Shown here: one piece after another, positions 1-9,479 of the stretch
How the letters are laid out: the number at the start of each line of letters is the position of its first letter
How positions within the stretch are numbered: the stretch's first letter is position 1
Notes under the pieces: generated by a model
Databases searched by the model: none
What the model was told of the DNA's origin: nothing
Seen by the model: the letters and a program-made list of their open reading frames with translations, nothing else
Program-made: the position numbers and the translations under genes
Virus genome (UHGV): UHGV-1379142
Length of the DNA: 62,296 nt
Source: a virus
Strand: one strand, 5' to 3'

Positions 1-120
1 GTATAAACCCTATAAGTAACCTACTTCGTAAGAACTATATACTAGTATATGTACTTAAATAGAACCTACTTCGTAAGTACTTTACTAAGGTATATACCCT
101 ATAAGTTAACCTAAGGTACC
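1..120. repeat. Left copy of ~120-bp inverted repeat (partner 45625..45743, ~97% identity). Contains internal direct sub-repeats AACCTACTTCGTAAG x2 and CCCTATAAGT(T)AACCT x2 and a 14-bp palindrome ATATACTAGTATAT.
   Basis: Reverse complement of 1..120 matches 45625..45743 with 2-3 mismatches; sub-repeats read directly. Confidence 0.9.
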
Positions 121-164
121 AGACTTCAGAAGTAATTTAATCTGAATATTTTTAACTTGTCCTC

Positions 165-194
165 TTGACAAAGTTAAATTCAAGATTATATTAT
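165..194 (+). promoter_or_regulatory. Sigma70-like promoter P1 (TTGACA-17-ATATTA) upstream of helicase gene
   Basis: cctcTTGACAaag + 17-bp spacer + ATATTA; member of the repeated cCTCTTGACAAa promoter family. Confidence 0.55.
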
Positions 195-237
195 AGCTAA
201 GTCTGCTTCAACCTTAACTTTGAACAAGCAAGGTAAC

Positions 238-1626
238 ATGAACATAGAGGAAATTTCCCTTGTTTTGTTCTTGTTAAGTAAAGAAAACTTTGATAAGTAT
301 TTTAAATTCATATTTGAATTGAATCTTGAACTTGAAACAAAGAACTTTCTTAAAACAATTAGAGAATATTTTCAAGAATATCCTGAAAAAGATTCTCTTT
401 CTGTTGAAGAATTGCTTGTCTTTTTCTCAGTAAAACATCCTATTCTGAAAAAGAAGACATCATATTCTGCATATCTTGAGAGGTTAGGTTCAACTCAAAT
501 AGATAATAAAGTCTTAGAAGAAAACTTAAATCATTTTCTTGAAAAATATTTTGCAAGTGAAATGGTATTTAAGTTAACTGAAGTCTTAGATGGAGAAGCG
601 TACTCTGTTTTAGATGAAGTTCAAGACTTATTATCTGAATTTAATGAACGCAAAGTTAAGCTTAACAAAGATGAAGACCAACTTTTTGTTAAGTCTAACT
701 TAGATGAACTCTTACAAGAAGAAGTTCATGAAGCTGGTTTACGCTGGAGATTATCCTGTCTTAATGAAAGCATCGGAGAGCTGAGAGGTGGTAGCCTTGG
801 CCACGTATTTGCTAGAGTTGATACAGGTAAAACATCTTTCATCGTATCTGAAGTTTCAAACTTTGCATCGCAGCTAAAGGATGATGAGGTTATACTTTGG
901 TGTAACAATGAAGAAAAGGGTAAGCGCGTACTCTTTCGTATCTATCAGTCTATACTTAAATGTAGTAAGACTGATCTCATAAACTATTCTGAAGATGCAG
1001 AAGCAGAGTTCGATAGGTTAGGCGGCAACAAAATAAAGATCTACGATCAAGCTATCATCTCAGTTGAAGACATAGATCAATTGATGAAGACATACAACGT
1101 ACGTGTCTTGGTAATAGACCAAGGTGATAAGATCAGATTCTCTGGTGATCGTGATATGTCTACAGTTGATAGGTTGAAAGCTGTTTACGGTAAGTTCAGA
1201 GAACTTGCTAAAACATACAACTGTGATGTAATTGCTGTTGGTCAGGCGTCTGTTTCCGGTGAAGGATCCAAGTGGTTAAAGATGTCTGACATGGATAACA
1301 GTAAGACTGGTAAACCCGGTGAGCTTGATTATGCAATCGGTATTGGAAAAACATTTGACGATGTTGACAATCCTGTTTGCAGTATTAGATATATATCTCT
1401 GTGTAAGAACAAGATGAATGAAGGTAAACATGGCAGGTATGAAGTAGTGTTTAACGCTTCATGTGCTTTGTATACTGATAAAGCATCAGGTAGTTTCTCT
1501 GAAATGTCGAAGTCCGACGACCAGTCTCTTACGAGTAGTGGAAGCACAAGCTCTGGTTCTGGCTCACCTGTGCTGAACTCTTCATTCAGATCTCTGTTGT
1601 CAGAGGTATATGGAAACCATAACTAA
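238..1626 (+). CDS. DnaB/T7 gp4-like replicative helicase (RecA-fold C-terminal domain)
   Basis: Walker A-like ARVDTGKTSF, Walker B VLVIDQGD, and surrounding pattern typical of hexameric DnaB-family helicases. ATG at 238 preferred over the TTG at 220 given in the ORF track. Confidence 0.6.
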   Translation: MNIEEISLVLFLLSKENFDKYFKFIFELNLELETKNFLKTIREYFQEYPEKDSLSVEELLVFFSVKHPILKKKTSYSAYLERLGSTQIDNKVLEENLNHFLEKYFASEMVFKLTEVLDGEAYSVLDEVQDLLSEFNERKVKLNKDEDQLFVKSNLDELLQEEVHEAGLRWRLSCLNESIGELRGGSLGHVFARVDTGKTSFIVSEVSNFASQLKDDEVILWCNNEEKGKRVLFRIYQSILKCSKTDLINYSEDAEAEFDRLGGNKIKIYDQAIISVEDIDQLMKTYNVRVLVIDQGDKIRFSGDRDMSTVDRLKAVYGKFRELAKTYNCDVIAVGQASVSGEGSKWLKMSDMDNSKTGKPGELDYAIGIGKTFDDVDNPVCSIRYISLCKNKMNEGKHGRYEVVFNASCALYTDKASGSFSEMSKSDDQSLTSSGSTSSGSGSPVLNSSFRSLLSEVYGNHN

Positions 1627-1640
1627 AATGGAATATACTT

Positions 1641-1871
1641 ATGTCTCAGTTTACTAACAAGGTTATCGCTCAGGCTGACATTGCTTTTGAAGAACACGTT
1701 GCTAAGCTTGAACAGGAAACTGGTCTTGCTCTTCGTGACCTGTCTCTGATTGATATGCTTAACGCGCTGAAAGCATATGAGAAAACTCCGTCTGAACCTG
1801 AGGAAGATACCCGTTCGCTTTCTCTGGAAGAACCCGTTACTGCGAAGACCGTAGCTAAGTCGAGCAAGTAA
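1641..1871 (+). CDS. hypothetical small acidic protein
   Basis: ORF immediately upstream of, and coupled to, the polymerase start (TAAATG overlap); weak RBS. Confidence 0.35.
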   Translation: MSQFTNKVIAQADIAFEEHVAKLEQETGLALRDLSLIDMLNALKAYEKTPSEPEEDTRSLSLEEPVTAKTVAKSSK

Positions 1872-2978
1872 ATGTCTTGGGTTGCCATTGACATCGAATG
1901 TTCTCGTGCTCCGAAGCACATGCCTTGGACTGTTGGTTCATACTTGTGCTCTGTTGGAATAGAACGACAAGATGGCACCTCAACCGTGTGGTTCTTTAAT
2001 CCAAACGATAGACCACATGAAGAACTTCTTTCTGAGATTCAACAAGAGATTGACAAAGTTGATTTCTTAGTTGGTCACAACATCAAGTTTGACTTGAACT
2101 GGCTTAAGTGGATTGGTTTGAATGTCAAGGACAAACCAATTTGGTGTACAATGTTAGCAGACTATCTCATAAATGGTCAGCGTAAACTTGAATACAGTTT
2201 GAATGCTGTTGCATCACGTTATAACTTAGGTCATAAGTTAGATGCTATGGCAATGTACTGGCAAGCAGGTTACGAGACTGATGAGATTCCACTAGATATT
2301 CATGAAGAGTATCTTAAGATGGATGTACACTTAACACATGAAGTCTTTAAGAGGCAGCTTCCTCTTATTGAACGAGCAAACCTTGGCAAGATAACAGAAC
2401 TTTCTTTTCGTATTACTCAGATTCTTTCTGACATGGAAGTATCTGGTGCTGCATTTGACAAAGATGGAGCCATAACGTACTGCAACGAAGTGCGCAGTCA
2501 AGTACGTAATATGGATAATCAACTTGTCAAACTTGCAGGTATTGACTTTACTCCCTCCTCTTCTTCACAACTCAGTGCTGTTTTGTTTGGTGGTTCTTTA
2601 AAGAAAGAACTTCGTGAGCTTGTTGCTCGTCAGCTTAAGAGTGGTAAGTATAAGATCACCACACGAAAAGCAAAGGTTGATATTCCTGTTAAGGGACTTG
2701 GCTTTAAAGTTCCAGAAGGATGTCTGTCTAAGAAGACAGGTTTACCTTCAGTTGACAAGAATACAATTGACTTGCTTAAAGCTAAAGACAAACGGTCTGA
2801 GTCCTTCCTAAATGTACTACGAGAACAGCGTAAGCTGCAGAAAGTAGTATCCACTATTGCTGGTTCAAGTGATGAGAATGAAAAAGGTTTGGTAGCAGCC
2901 GTTGGTAAAGACGGTAGACTTCATCCTTCTTTCAACCAGTGTGTCACACGTACTGGTAGACTCTCTTCATCAGACCCT
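1872..2978 (+). CDS. DNA polymerase I (family A) exon 1: 3'-5' exonuclease domain and N-terminal polymerase region, ending ...TGRLSSSDP
   Basis: Exo I motif DIE, then TGRLSSSDP, which lies immediately before the conserved PNLQNIP motif. The ORF breaks exactly inside that motif. Confidence 0.65.
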
Positions 2979-3681
2979 GAATCCCATTGGGGTCTCTAAA
3001 CTGGGTGAACTCATGGGAACCCTAACAGATATTGCTGAGGGCAATCATGAGCCAAGCTTCAGTACATGAACAAGCATACCATCTCTTACTCACAACTTCC
3101 CTTACGTATCAACAGATTGCAACACAATTGTCTACAACTTTCAAAGTTGTTTGGCGCGTAGCTAACACAAAACTTTCAGATGAAGAAAGAAAAGCACGCA
3201 AAGCTAAGAACTATAGACGTGCTCAACTTGGTAAGCTTAACACTATGTATAATAGAAAGAAGACTAACAGTCCTTTCTACAAAGCTGGCCTTTCATTTGA
3301 CGATGATGGTTACGCCTTAGTGTATAAACCTAAATGGTTTACAGGCACGCGAGGGAACTCAAGCAAAGTCTACGCACATCATGTGGTACTATGCAAAAGA
3401 GAAGGTATGACAAAGATTCCAACAGGTTATCATGTTCATCACATAGATGGTCGTCATGCAAATAATAAAGTTTGGAATCTTATATTGTTAACGTCTACAC
3501 AACATAGACGTCTTCATGATATACTGAAGAAGGTGCAGAGACTAGGAGCCTATGAAGATATAGGACAGCGCCCAGCTTGGATAGACATACTGTTTAGGTA
3601 CTGTCTATGCTTGATGATATAGTCCAATTACCATAGTAATATGGGAAACATGCTTATGTTGTTCGGCATGTAAAATTAAAG
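2979..3681 (+). mobile_element. Group I self-splicing intron (~703 nt) inserted in the PNLQNIP codons of the DNA polymerase gene; carries an HNH homing endonuclease ORF
   Basis: P1: exon-1 3' end AGACCCU pairs with intron internal guide GGGGUCU (2988-2994), with a terminal U.G wobble. P10: exon-2 5' AAUGGG pairs with CCCAUU (2982-2987). Intron ends in G (3681). Spliced product reads DP-NGQNMP, close to consensus DPNLQNIP, in frame. Confidence 0.6.
3032..3622 (+). CDS. HNH homing endonuclease (intron-encoded)
   Basis: HVHHIDGRHANNKVWNLILLTSTQHRRLHD HNH motif; located inside the intron. Confidence 0.7.
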   Translation: MLRAIMSQASVHEQAYHLLLTTSLTYQQIATQLSTTFKVVWRVANTKLSDEERKARKAKNYRRAQLGKLNTMYNRKKTNSPFYKAGLSFDDDGYALVYKPKWFTGTRGNSSKVYAHHVVLCKREGMTKIPTGYHVHHIDGRHANNKVWNLILLTSTQHRRLHDILKKVQRLGAYEDIGQRPAWIDILFRYCLCLMI

Positions 3682-4536
3682 AATGGGCAAAACATGCCCC
3701 GTAAAGGTACCAGCCCCATCAAAACATTCTTCAAATCCCAGAAAGGTGTTATCGTTAATCTTGACTTAGCTCAGATTGAGTGGCGTATTGCTGCTGAACT
3801 AAGTAAAGATCCTGTCATGATTCATGAATTAAACGAAGGCTTGGACATTCACACTGACAATGCTATTCGATTCCTTGATGCTGGAAAATATGAGCGTGGT
3901 TCAGAAGAGTTTAAACAAGTTCGTACAATTGCTAAGACAATATCATTCCGTCTTCTCTATGGTGGTTCAGCGGAAGGTTTCTTTAGAGATCAACGTATGC
4001 CTGACTATAGCTTAAAAAGATGGAGAGAGATTGTTAATGCTTTCTATCAAAAGTATCAAGGTCTGAAACGATGGCAGGATGCTAATATCCAAACAGCTTC
4101 TGCACGTGGGTATATACGTAATCCTTCTGGGCGTGTGCTTACCTTTGACGAAGAGGTAAAGTACGGTATTGAATCTGTAGATGTTAAACAGGTTAAGAAC
4201 TATCCAGTTCAATCTGGTTCTACAGATGTTATGTATTTGTGTATGGTTAAGATCTTAGAGAAGATCCAAGCTAGTGGCATCAACCCTTTGCTTATCCTTC
4301 AAGTACATGACTCTCTTGTGTTTGACTGTACGATAGAAGAAGCAGAAACTTTGTGTCGTATAGGTATAGAAACATTCAAGAGTTTACCAGCACTAGCAAA
4401 AGAATACTTTGGTTGGGATATAGTAGTACCACTTTTAGGTGACTGTGAAGTAGGGTATGACTATGGTAACACTAAGGGATTTAAAGAAGAAGAGATGGAC
4501 AAGATCTTCAAAGATCTTCCAGCTTTTCTCTCTTGA
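3682..4536 (+). CDS. DNA polymerase I (family A) exon 2: palm/fingers with motifs A, B, C
   Basis: Motif A DLAQIEWRIAAE, motif B RTIAKTISFRLLYGG, motif C QVHDSLVFD; in frame with exon 1 after intron removal. Confidence 0.7.
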   Translation, partial: NGQNMPRKGTSPIKTFFKSQKGVIVNLDLAQIEWRIAAELSKDPVMIHELNEGLDIHTDNAIRFLDAGKYERGSEEFKQVRTIAKTISFRLLYGGSAEGFFRDQRMPDYSLKRWREIVNAFYQKYQGLKRWQDANIQTASARGYIRNPSGRVLTFDEEVKYGIESVDVKQVKNYPVQSGSTDVMYLCMVKILEKIQASGINPLLILQVHDSLVFDCTIEEAETLCRIGIETFKSLPALAKEYFGWDIVVPLLGDCEVGYDYGNTKGFKEEEMDKIFKDLPAFLS

Positions 4537-4550
4537 CAAATCCTTTAGAA
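4523..4550 (+). promoter_or_regulatory. Sigma70-like promoter P2 (TTGACA-16-TATCTT)
   Basis: ctctcTTGACAaatcc ... TATCTT; same family as P1, P3 and P4. Confidence 0.5.
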
Positions 4551-4590
4551 TGTTTATCTTCTTTTTATACGCGCATGATAGGAAAAACAC

Positions 4591-5022
4591 ATGTGGTTTG
4601 TTTTTAACAACATTGAGTTGAAGCATGATCTCGTATCTAGAGCCGGTAAAACTTTCACTGGTTATGTTCTGAACGGTGAAAAGAAAGGCTATAATGGTGA
4701 ACCCAACACTCCGTACCAAAAGATTCTGTTTGAGAATACTGCTGCTACGGTGATTGAACAAGGTATTGAAAGACCTAACTGTTCTGTTGTACAGTTCTTC
4801 CAGAAAGCTTGTAGGCCAGGAGATATTGTCATCATGAAATTCTCTCGTAGAGGTGGAAATATGTGGGACATAGCTTCGGTTGAAAAACTGAGCAACAGTT
4901 CAGAACTTCCCACGTATGAACCTTTGACAGCAGAGCAAGCGCAAGCTCTCAAGTCACATGGCGTTGTAGGTAGCGAAGCATCGTATGCTGCTACTGGAGC
5001 AACTCCCGCTTGGGTAAGATAA
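4591..5022 (+). CDS. hypothetical protein (possible ssDNA-binding protein by position only)
   Basis: ORF with RBS aggaaaaacac-ATG downstream of P2; no recognisable motif. Confidence 0.45.
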   Translation: MWFVFNNIELKHDLVSRAGKTFTGYVLNGEKKGYNGEPNTPYQKILFENTAATVIEQGIERPNCSVVQFFQKACRPGDIVIMKFSRRGGNMWDIASVEKLSNSSELPTYEPLTAEQAQALKSHGVVGSEASYAATGATPAWVR

Positions 5023-5119
5023 GTTAGCTTAACTCAACAAAAGAAGGCCAGTCTATAGATGTACATATGTAAGCTTGAGACATACATACACTATAGCTGG
5101 CCTTTTGTTTTGGAGAATT

Positions 5120-6028
5120 ATGTACACAAACAAGTTCAATTTGCCCAAGGCTTTTGAGGATGCTCTTCAACCACAACCTTACGATCCTGTTGGTGCATCA
5201 GACTATAGTGCTACATCTTTGATTGACAGTCCGAGATATGTTCAGCTCTATAAACGACATCGTAATGAGATTGTCGAAGACTGCATGGACCAGTGGTATG
5301 TATGGAGAGGTAACGCAGTACATCATGAGATGGAATCAGTTCTTTCAAAGAATCCAAAGTATTTGGTTGAACGTAAGATCACTCGTTTTGACAAGCCTGA
5401 GAATGGCGACGAGTCAACGTACAGACGGGTCGTCGCAAAGTTTGACCTCTATGATAAAGAGACACAGACTTTATCAGACTGGAAGACGTGTTCCGCGTAT
5501 ATGCATGGCAGTACGGGGAAACAAGAATGGATTAACCAGCTCAACCTTAATGCGTACTTCCTTGAGAAAGAAGGGTATCCGGTAAAAGATGTTGCTATCA
5601 ACGCCATCTATATGGATTGGAGACCTCAATCTGGACGGTACAAAGATGACAAGTATCCCGAATTACCTTTCAACGAATTCCGCTACCGCGTGCTGCCTCT
5701 TGAAGAGCGCGAGTCCTACTACAAGGAACGCCTTCGTCTACACGTGGAGGCCGAATCCTGTAGCGATGACATGCTGCCAGTATGCACTGCGGACGAATGC
5801 TGGGAGAAGCCTGCTAAGTATGCCGTTTACAAGGTAGGAGCAGCGAAGGCCACAAAACTTTGTGACACTCGTGAAGAAGCAGATGAGTACATTCGCCACA
5901 AGAGACTTGGACCTGACTACAAGGTTGAGTATCGACCTGGGGAGAGAACAAGATGTGAGAGGTACTGTCCCGTAAAAGCTTGGTGTAATCAGTATGCAGA
6001 GTACAAGAAAAACCAACTGGGGAGCTAG
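5120..6028 (+). CDS. PD-(D/E)xK nuclease with C-terminal 4-Cys cluster (Cas4/RecB-family-like exonuclease)
   Basis: D..D...E.K-like core (FDLYDKETQTLSDWK) plus C-x3-C ... C-x3-C-x5-C near the C-terminus (CTADEC ... CERYCPVKAWC). GGAG RBS before ATG at 5120. Confidence 0.5.
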   Translation: MYTNKFNLPKAFEDALQPQPYDPVGASDYSATSLIDSPRYVQLYKRHRNEIVEDCMDQWYVWRGNAVHHEMESVLSKNPKYLVERKITRFDKPENGDESTYRRVVAKFDLYDKETQTLSDWKTCSAYMHGSTGKQEWINQLNLNAYFLEKEGYPVKDVAINAIYMDWRPQSGRYKDDKYPELPFNEFRYRVLPLEERESYYKERLRLHVEAESCSDDMLPVCTADECWEKPAKYAVYKVGAAKATKLCDTREEADEYIRHKRLGPDYKVEYRPGERTRCERYCPVKAWCNQYAEYKKNQLGS

Positions 6029-6512
6029 GTACAAAGGTCTTGTTTATATTTACTTGTGCTTGTCTCTAAGCTTCTTCCCGTTGTCGTTCAGTTTTATTTC
6101 ACGCACAGTAGGTATGCACCGCAATGTGTTGTATGATATCATGCGTCAAGTACCTTTGCTGTCTACACAGCAAGATATGCATAAGCAAGCTGCTATCAAA
6201 AATACTACATTTTGTGGTCTACAAAATCCTAGATACAAACTTGATGGTGTATCTTCCATAAAAGGTTATAAGGCAATTCGTCCACCTTCATGGTATACAG
6301 GGTATGTATCAAGAGGTTTTGTTAGAGAGCATATCCTACTGGTGTGTGAGAAGTTTGGTTGGACACAGCTACCAAAAGGATATGAAGTTCATCACATTGA
6401 TATGAACAAGCTAAATAATGACATAAACAATCTAGCTGTTCTTACAAAAAGTGAACATGCTAAAGTGCATAACCAATACAAGGAGTGGAAAGATGCTCAA
6501 GGTACAAGATAG
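5994..6512 (+). CDS. HNH homing endonuclease (free-standing)
   Basis: GWTQLPKGYEVHHIDMNKLNNDINNLAVLTKSEHAKVH; overlaps the end of the nuclease gene. Confidence 0.65.
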   Translation: MQSTRKTNWGARYKGLVYIYLCLSLSFFPLSFSFISRTVGMHRNVLYDIMRQVPLLSTQQDMHKQAAIKNTTFCGLQNPRYKLDGVSSIKGYKAIRPPSWYTGYVSRGFVREHILLVCEKFGWTQLPKGYEVHHIDMNKLNNDINNLAVLTKSEHAKVHNQYKEWKDAQGTR

Positions 6513-6801
6513 TCCTGTATGGGCAGATGACCCTGTGATCAAGTATGCTATACAATACTCTGATGAGCAGTTCTCTGAACTGTCCAAGGTCTGGGCTGAT
6601 CTAGGACTTGAACTTCTTGTGCATAAGCAGGAAGTAGACCCCTTGATTGATATCATTCAGAGAGGTGAGGATGGCTACATTATAGACGCCATGACAATTG
6701 GCGTTGGCGAATGGTTCATCTTCGATCCTATGGTCAAGGACGACTGGTACATTGCTACGAACAAAGAGTTCGAAGGAACATACATTGTAGTGGAGGATTA
6801 A
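6493..6801 (+). CDS. hypothetical protein
   Basis: AAGGAG RBS before ATG at 6493; overlaps HNH stop. Confidence 0.45.
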   Translation: MLKVQDSPVWADDPVIKYAIQYSDEQFSELSKVWADLGLELLVHKQEVDPLIDIIQRGEDGYIIDAMTIGVGEWFIFDPMVKDDWYIATNKEFEGTYIVVED

Positions 6802-6857
6802 ACATCTCATGCACAACTTGACTCAACTCGGGAGATTTTTAAGGAGGTGATTGTGTA

Positions 6858-7022
6858 GTGATTAGATATGAGTTGAAGATACCTGCTATTGTTACATATA
6901 GAGACAAGGGTATTGTCGATGTGCAACTTCGGTCTGGTATCAAGGTTACTTTGAAGGAAGACGACTTCGTTCGTTGCTTCAAGGTTATGAAGGATGTCTC
7001 TACTGTAGGAGATAGTTAGTAA
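6858..7022 (+). CDS. hypothetical small protein (GTG start)
   Basis: AAGGAGG at 6841-6847 followed by GTG; 54 codons; not in ORF track (<60 aa). Confidence 0.25.
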
Positions 7023-7294
7023 TGACAACGCCACAGTGGCTTCTAGCCATAAACCAATTTGTTAATGCAGTCTTTGGTGGTAATGCTTACACTACATTGT
7101 CAACACGTGCGTACATGGCACGAAGAGACAAGGGTTATGCATGGCCAGCCAACCTCCTTGACAAGTTGTTCTTTTGGCATAAGAAGTACGGAGGACATTG
7201 TAAGTATGCATACTGGACAGATATGTGTAGGTGGCAGAACTTGCATGAGTCCGAAGGTAAAGACCTTGGCAAAGTTAACGTGCCTCAAAACTAA
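7022..7294 (+). CDS. hypothetical protein
   Basis: GGAG RBS; ORF track. Confidence 0.45.
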   Translation: MTTPQWLLAINQFVNAVFGGNAYTTLSTRAYMARRDKGYAWPANLLDKLFFWHKKYGGHCKYAYWTDMCRWQNLHESEGKDLGKVNVPQN

Positions 7295-7308
7295 TAAGTG
7301 GGTGTAGT

Positions 7309-7572
7309 GTGAATAAGCTTGAACCGATGACTGTTGTGAAACATTTCAAAGGTAATCAGTATATTGTTCTTGGTGTTGCTAAACATACAGAACTGAATAC
7401 TGATCTTGTGATCTACCGTAGTTTGGATGGAGAACGTAAGCTGTATGCTCGCCCTCTTGATATGTTCATGTCTGATGTAGACAAGGATAAATATCCTGAT
7501 GTACAACAGAAAGAAAGGTTTGAGTACGTTGGTTCTGTTAAAGATGTCTTAACAGCGAAGGCTAAAAACTAG
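7309..7572 (+). CDS. DUF1653-like small protein
   Basis: KHFKGNQYIVLGVAKHTE ... VIYRSLDGE ... YARPLDMF pattern recalls the DUF1653 family (from memory). Confidence 0.4.
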   Translation: MNKLEPMTVVKHFKGNQYIVLGVAKHTELNTDLVIYRSLDGERKLYARPLDMFMSDVDKDKYPDVQQKERFEYVGSVKDVLTAKAKN

Positions 7573-7624
7573 TGAACATTTAACGTGGGGTAGCTTAGGT
7601 TGCCCCACTTACACAGGAGTAGTA

Positions 7625-7819
7625 ATGGTTGTTTATGTAGTTACGTATTCGCAACCAACCTACTGTGGTAATGGATGTTCCACAGACAATGTGATTGGAG
7701 TGTGTGCTTCAAAAGAACGTGCCGAACAACTTATGGAAGAACACCATAAAGAGTTCAACGAATCCAATGAGTATTGGAGACTTGAGTACACGCAAGAAGC
7801 TTTTGAGATAAAGGAATAG
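7625..7819 (+). CDS. hypothetical protein
   Basis: ORF with GGAG RBS. Confidence 0.4.
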   Translation: MVVYVVTYSQPTYCGNGCSTDNVIGVCASKERAEQLMEEHHKEFNESNEYWRLEYTQEAFEIKE

Positions 7820-7821
7820 TT

Positions 7822-7953
7822 ATGTATATCGTTAAGAAACTTGCCAGCACTGTGTGGAGCTGTGTTGCTAACGTGTACTGGACTACTTTGATTCTTGTTA
7901 ACTTACCAGTTCTTTTTCTTGACGTTCTTATCAGGGCATTTACGGAGGTATAG
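7822..7953 (+). CDS. small hydrophobic (single-TM) protein, 43 aa
   Basis: AAAGGAA RBS, ATG 7822; WTTLILVNLPVLFLDVLI hydrophobic stretch; below ORF-track cutoff. Confidence 0.3.
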   Translation: MYIVKKLASTVWSCVANVYWTTLILVNLPVLFLDVLIRAFTEV

Positions 7954-7956
7954 ATT

Positions 7957-8325
7957 ATGAATTACCCTAGCTCTCTCAACGTGTTTGGTCATCACGTTGA
8001 TGTAAAAATATTCAGTGACCCGATTGAAGTAGTGGAGGCCGGTGGAAACACTGATGTTGTGCTTGCACAATATGATCCTCAGACGACTACGATTTCTTTG
8101 ATGCATGTGCCTGATAAACCAGCTGTGGGAGGCTCGAACCTGCTTCATGAGATCATCGAAGCTATTGATGTTCATGGAGATCTGCAGTTGAACCATACGC
8201 AAATTTCTACACTGGCGTCTGGTTTGTATCAGGCGCTTGTATCTGGGGAGGTAAACTTTGGAAGAACCAGCAATGAAACTGTTCCCGTTGTCGAACGGGA
8301 GCGTATGTCCTGTGTGCTCCAGTAG
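7957..8325 (+). CDS. hypothetical protein (3' end uncertain; overlaps next ORF)
   Basis: GGAGG RBS before ATG 7957. Confidence 0.4.
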   Translation: MNYPSSLNVFGHHVDVKIFSDPIEVVEAGGNTDVVLAQYDPQTTTISLMHVPDKPAVGGSNLLHEIIEAIDVHGDLQLNHTQISTLASGLYQALVSGEVNFGRTSNETVPVVERERMSCVLQ

Positions 8326-8443
8326 TTATCTGGAAATGCACAAGACTATCAACGGTCAGTTCTTTATCAAGTGTTATAGTTGCGGTTATGAATCTCCTGT
8401 TGTAGACTCTGTGGAACAAGCCAAGGTAATCTGGCTATCTTAA
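8273..8443 (+). CDS. small zinc-ribbon protein
   Basis: CPVCSSS ... CYSCGYES (CxxC x2). Confidence 0.35.
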   Translation: MKLFPLSNGSVCPVCSSSYLEMHKTINGQFFIKCYSCGYESPVVDSVEQAKVIWLS

Positions 8444-8461
8444 CAGAGGAAGTACATATAT

Positions 8462-8956
8462 GTGAGATCAATAAAAGCAACGTATAACAAGACAAGGTTT
8501 GCTTCTAAGTTTGAAGCAGAGCTTGCAAAAAAGTTCGACGAGCTTGGTATCAAGTGGGAGTATGAACCTTGTCGTATTCCTTGGCAACCCGCTGTACGGT
8601 ACTATAAGCCTGACTTTAAAGTCACGCTACCTAGTGGCGAGGAGTTCTTTGTCGAAGCAAAAGGATACTTTGATCCTTCTATGCGAAGCAAGATGGCTCA
8701 GATTCGTGAGCAACATCCAGACATGGATATACGATTCGTCTTCATGCTTGAAGACAAAGTAATATCTAGGTCTACAAAGAATCCTACTACGTACAAAATG
8801 TGGGCGAAGCGGCATGGTTATTCATGCTGGCAGCCTGATACCTTAGCTGAGAGTAACAAGAATAATGTCGAACGAAAGACTGGTAGAACAGGCAAACATG
8901 GAAGTGCTCGAAGAAGTAAAGGAAGCAATCAAAGATGCACACAAGAGGCATCCTGA
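8462..8956 (+). CDS. PD-(D/E)xK-type endonuclease (possible Holliday-junction resolvase/VRR-NUC-like); true stop may be earlier than the ORF end
   Basis: YKPDFKV ... FFVEAKG (PD ... EAK) core. Confidence 0.4.
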   Translation: MRSIKATYNKTRFASKFEAELAKKFDELGIKWEYEPCRIPWQPAVRYYKPDFKVTLPSGEEFFVEAKGYFDPSMRSKMAQIREQHPDMDIRFVFMLEDKVISRSTKNPTTYKMWAKRHGYSCWQPDTLAESNKNNVERKTGRTGKHGSARRSKGSNQRCTQEAS

Positions 8957-9173
8957 AACTCATCCTTCTCTCGAACACTCGGCTTGGGTTCTGAAAGAAG
9001 AAATGGCCGAGTTGAAACATGAACTTTACAAACCAGAAAGATGGCGTGACGTTTCTGCTATTTGTGAAGAAGCCTGTCAAGTTGCTGCTTCTGCCATTCG
9101 TCTTATTGCTGACATGAAGGTTCGCAAGATGGAAGGCTACAAGGAGCACGAGCATTACCGTCACGCAGCGTAA
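8898..9173 (+). CDS. hypothetical protein, possibly MazG-like all-alpha NTP pyrophosphohydrolase
   Basis: LEEVKEAIKDAHKRHPE ... EEMAELKHEL loosely resembles MazG EExxE motifs; start uncertain (8865 or 8898). Confidence 0.25.
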   Translation: MEVLEEVKEAIKDAHKRHPETHPSLEHSAWVLKEEMAELKHELYKPERWRDVSAICEEACQVAASAIRLIADMKVRKMEGYKEHEHYRHAA

Positions 9174-9185
9174 GCTGAGGTACAC

Positions 9186-9479
9186 ATGGGATTGATGTGT
9201 TTCTTGAAAGACCACAATTGGGAAAGTACAGAGACGTGGGTCGGCACTGCTTATGATGTTATCAAAGTAGAAGTCGAACACTTCAAATGTTCTCGTTGTG
9301 GTAAGACCAAGAAAGTTGTCCGTGTCTTTGGTAAGCTAAGTAAAAAAGTTGCAGAAGATATTATTGACAATTCCACAGGAGTGGTTAATAATAGATATGT
9401 AGCTGAAGAACTTCCTGAACCGGAAGTAGTTACTCTAACTACCACAGAGGACAAACAATGCAAGAAGAAAGCAGCGTAA
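9186..9479 (+). CDS. zinc-ribbon protein
   Basis: CSRCGKTKK CxxC; ORF track. Confidence 0.35.
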   Translation: MGLMCFLKDHNWESTETWVGTAYDVIKVEVEHFKCSRCGKTKKVVRVFGKLSKKVAEDIIDNSTGVVNNRYVAEELPEPEVVTLTTTEDKQCKKKAA

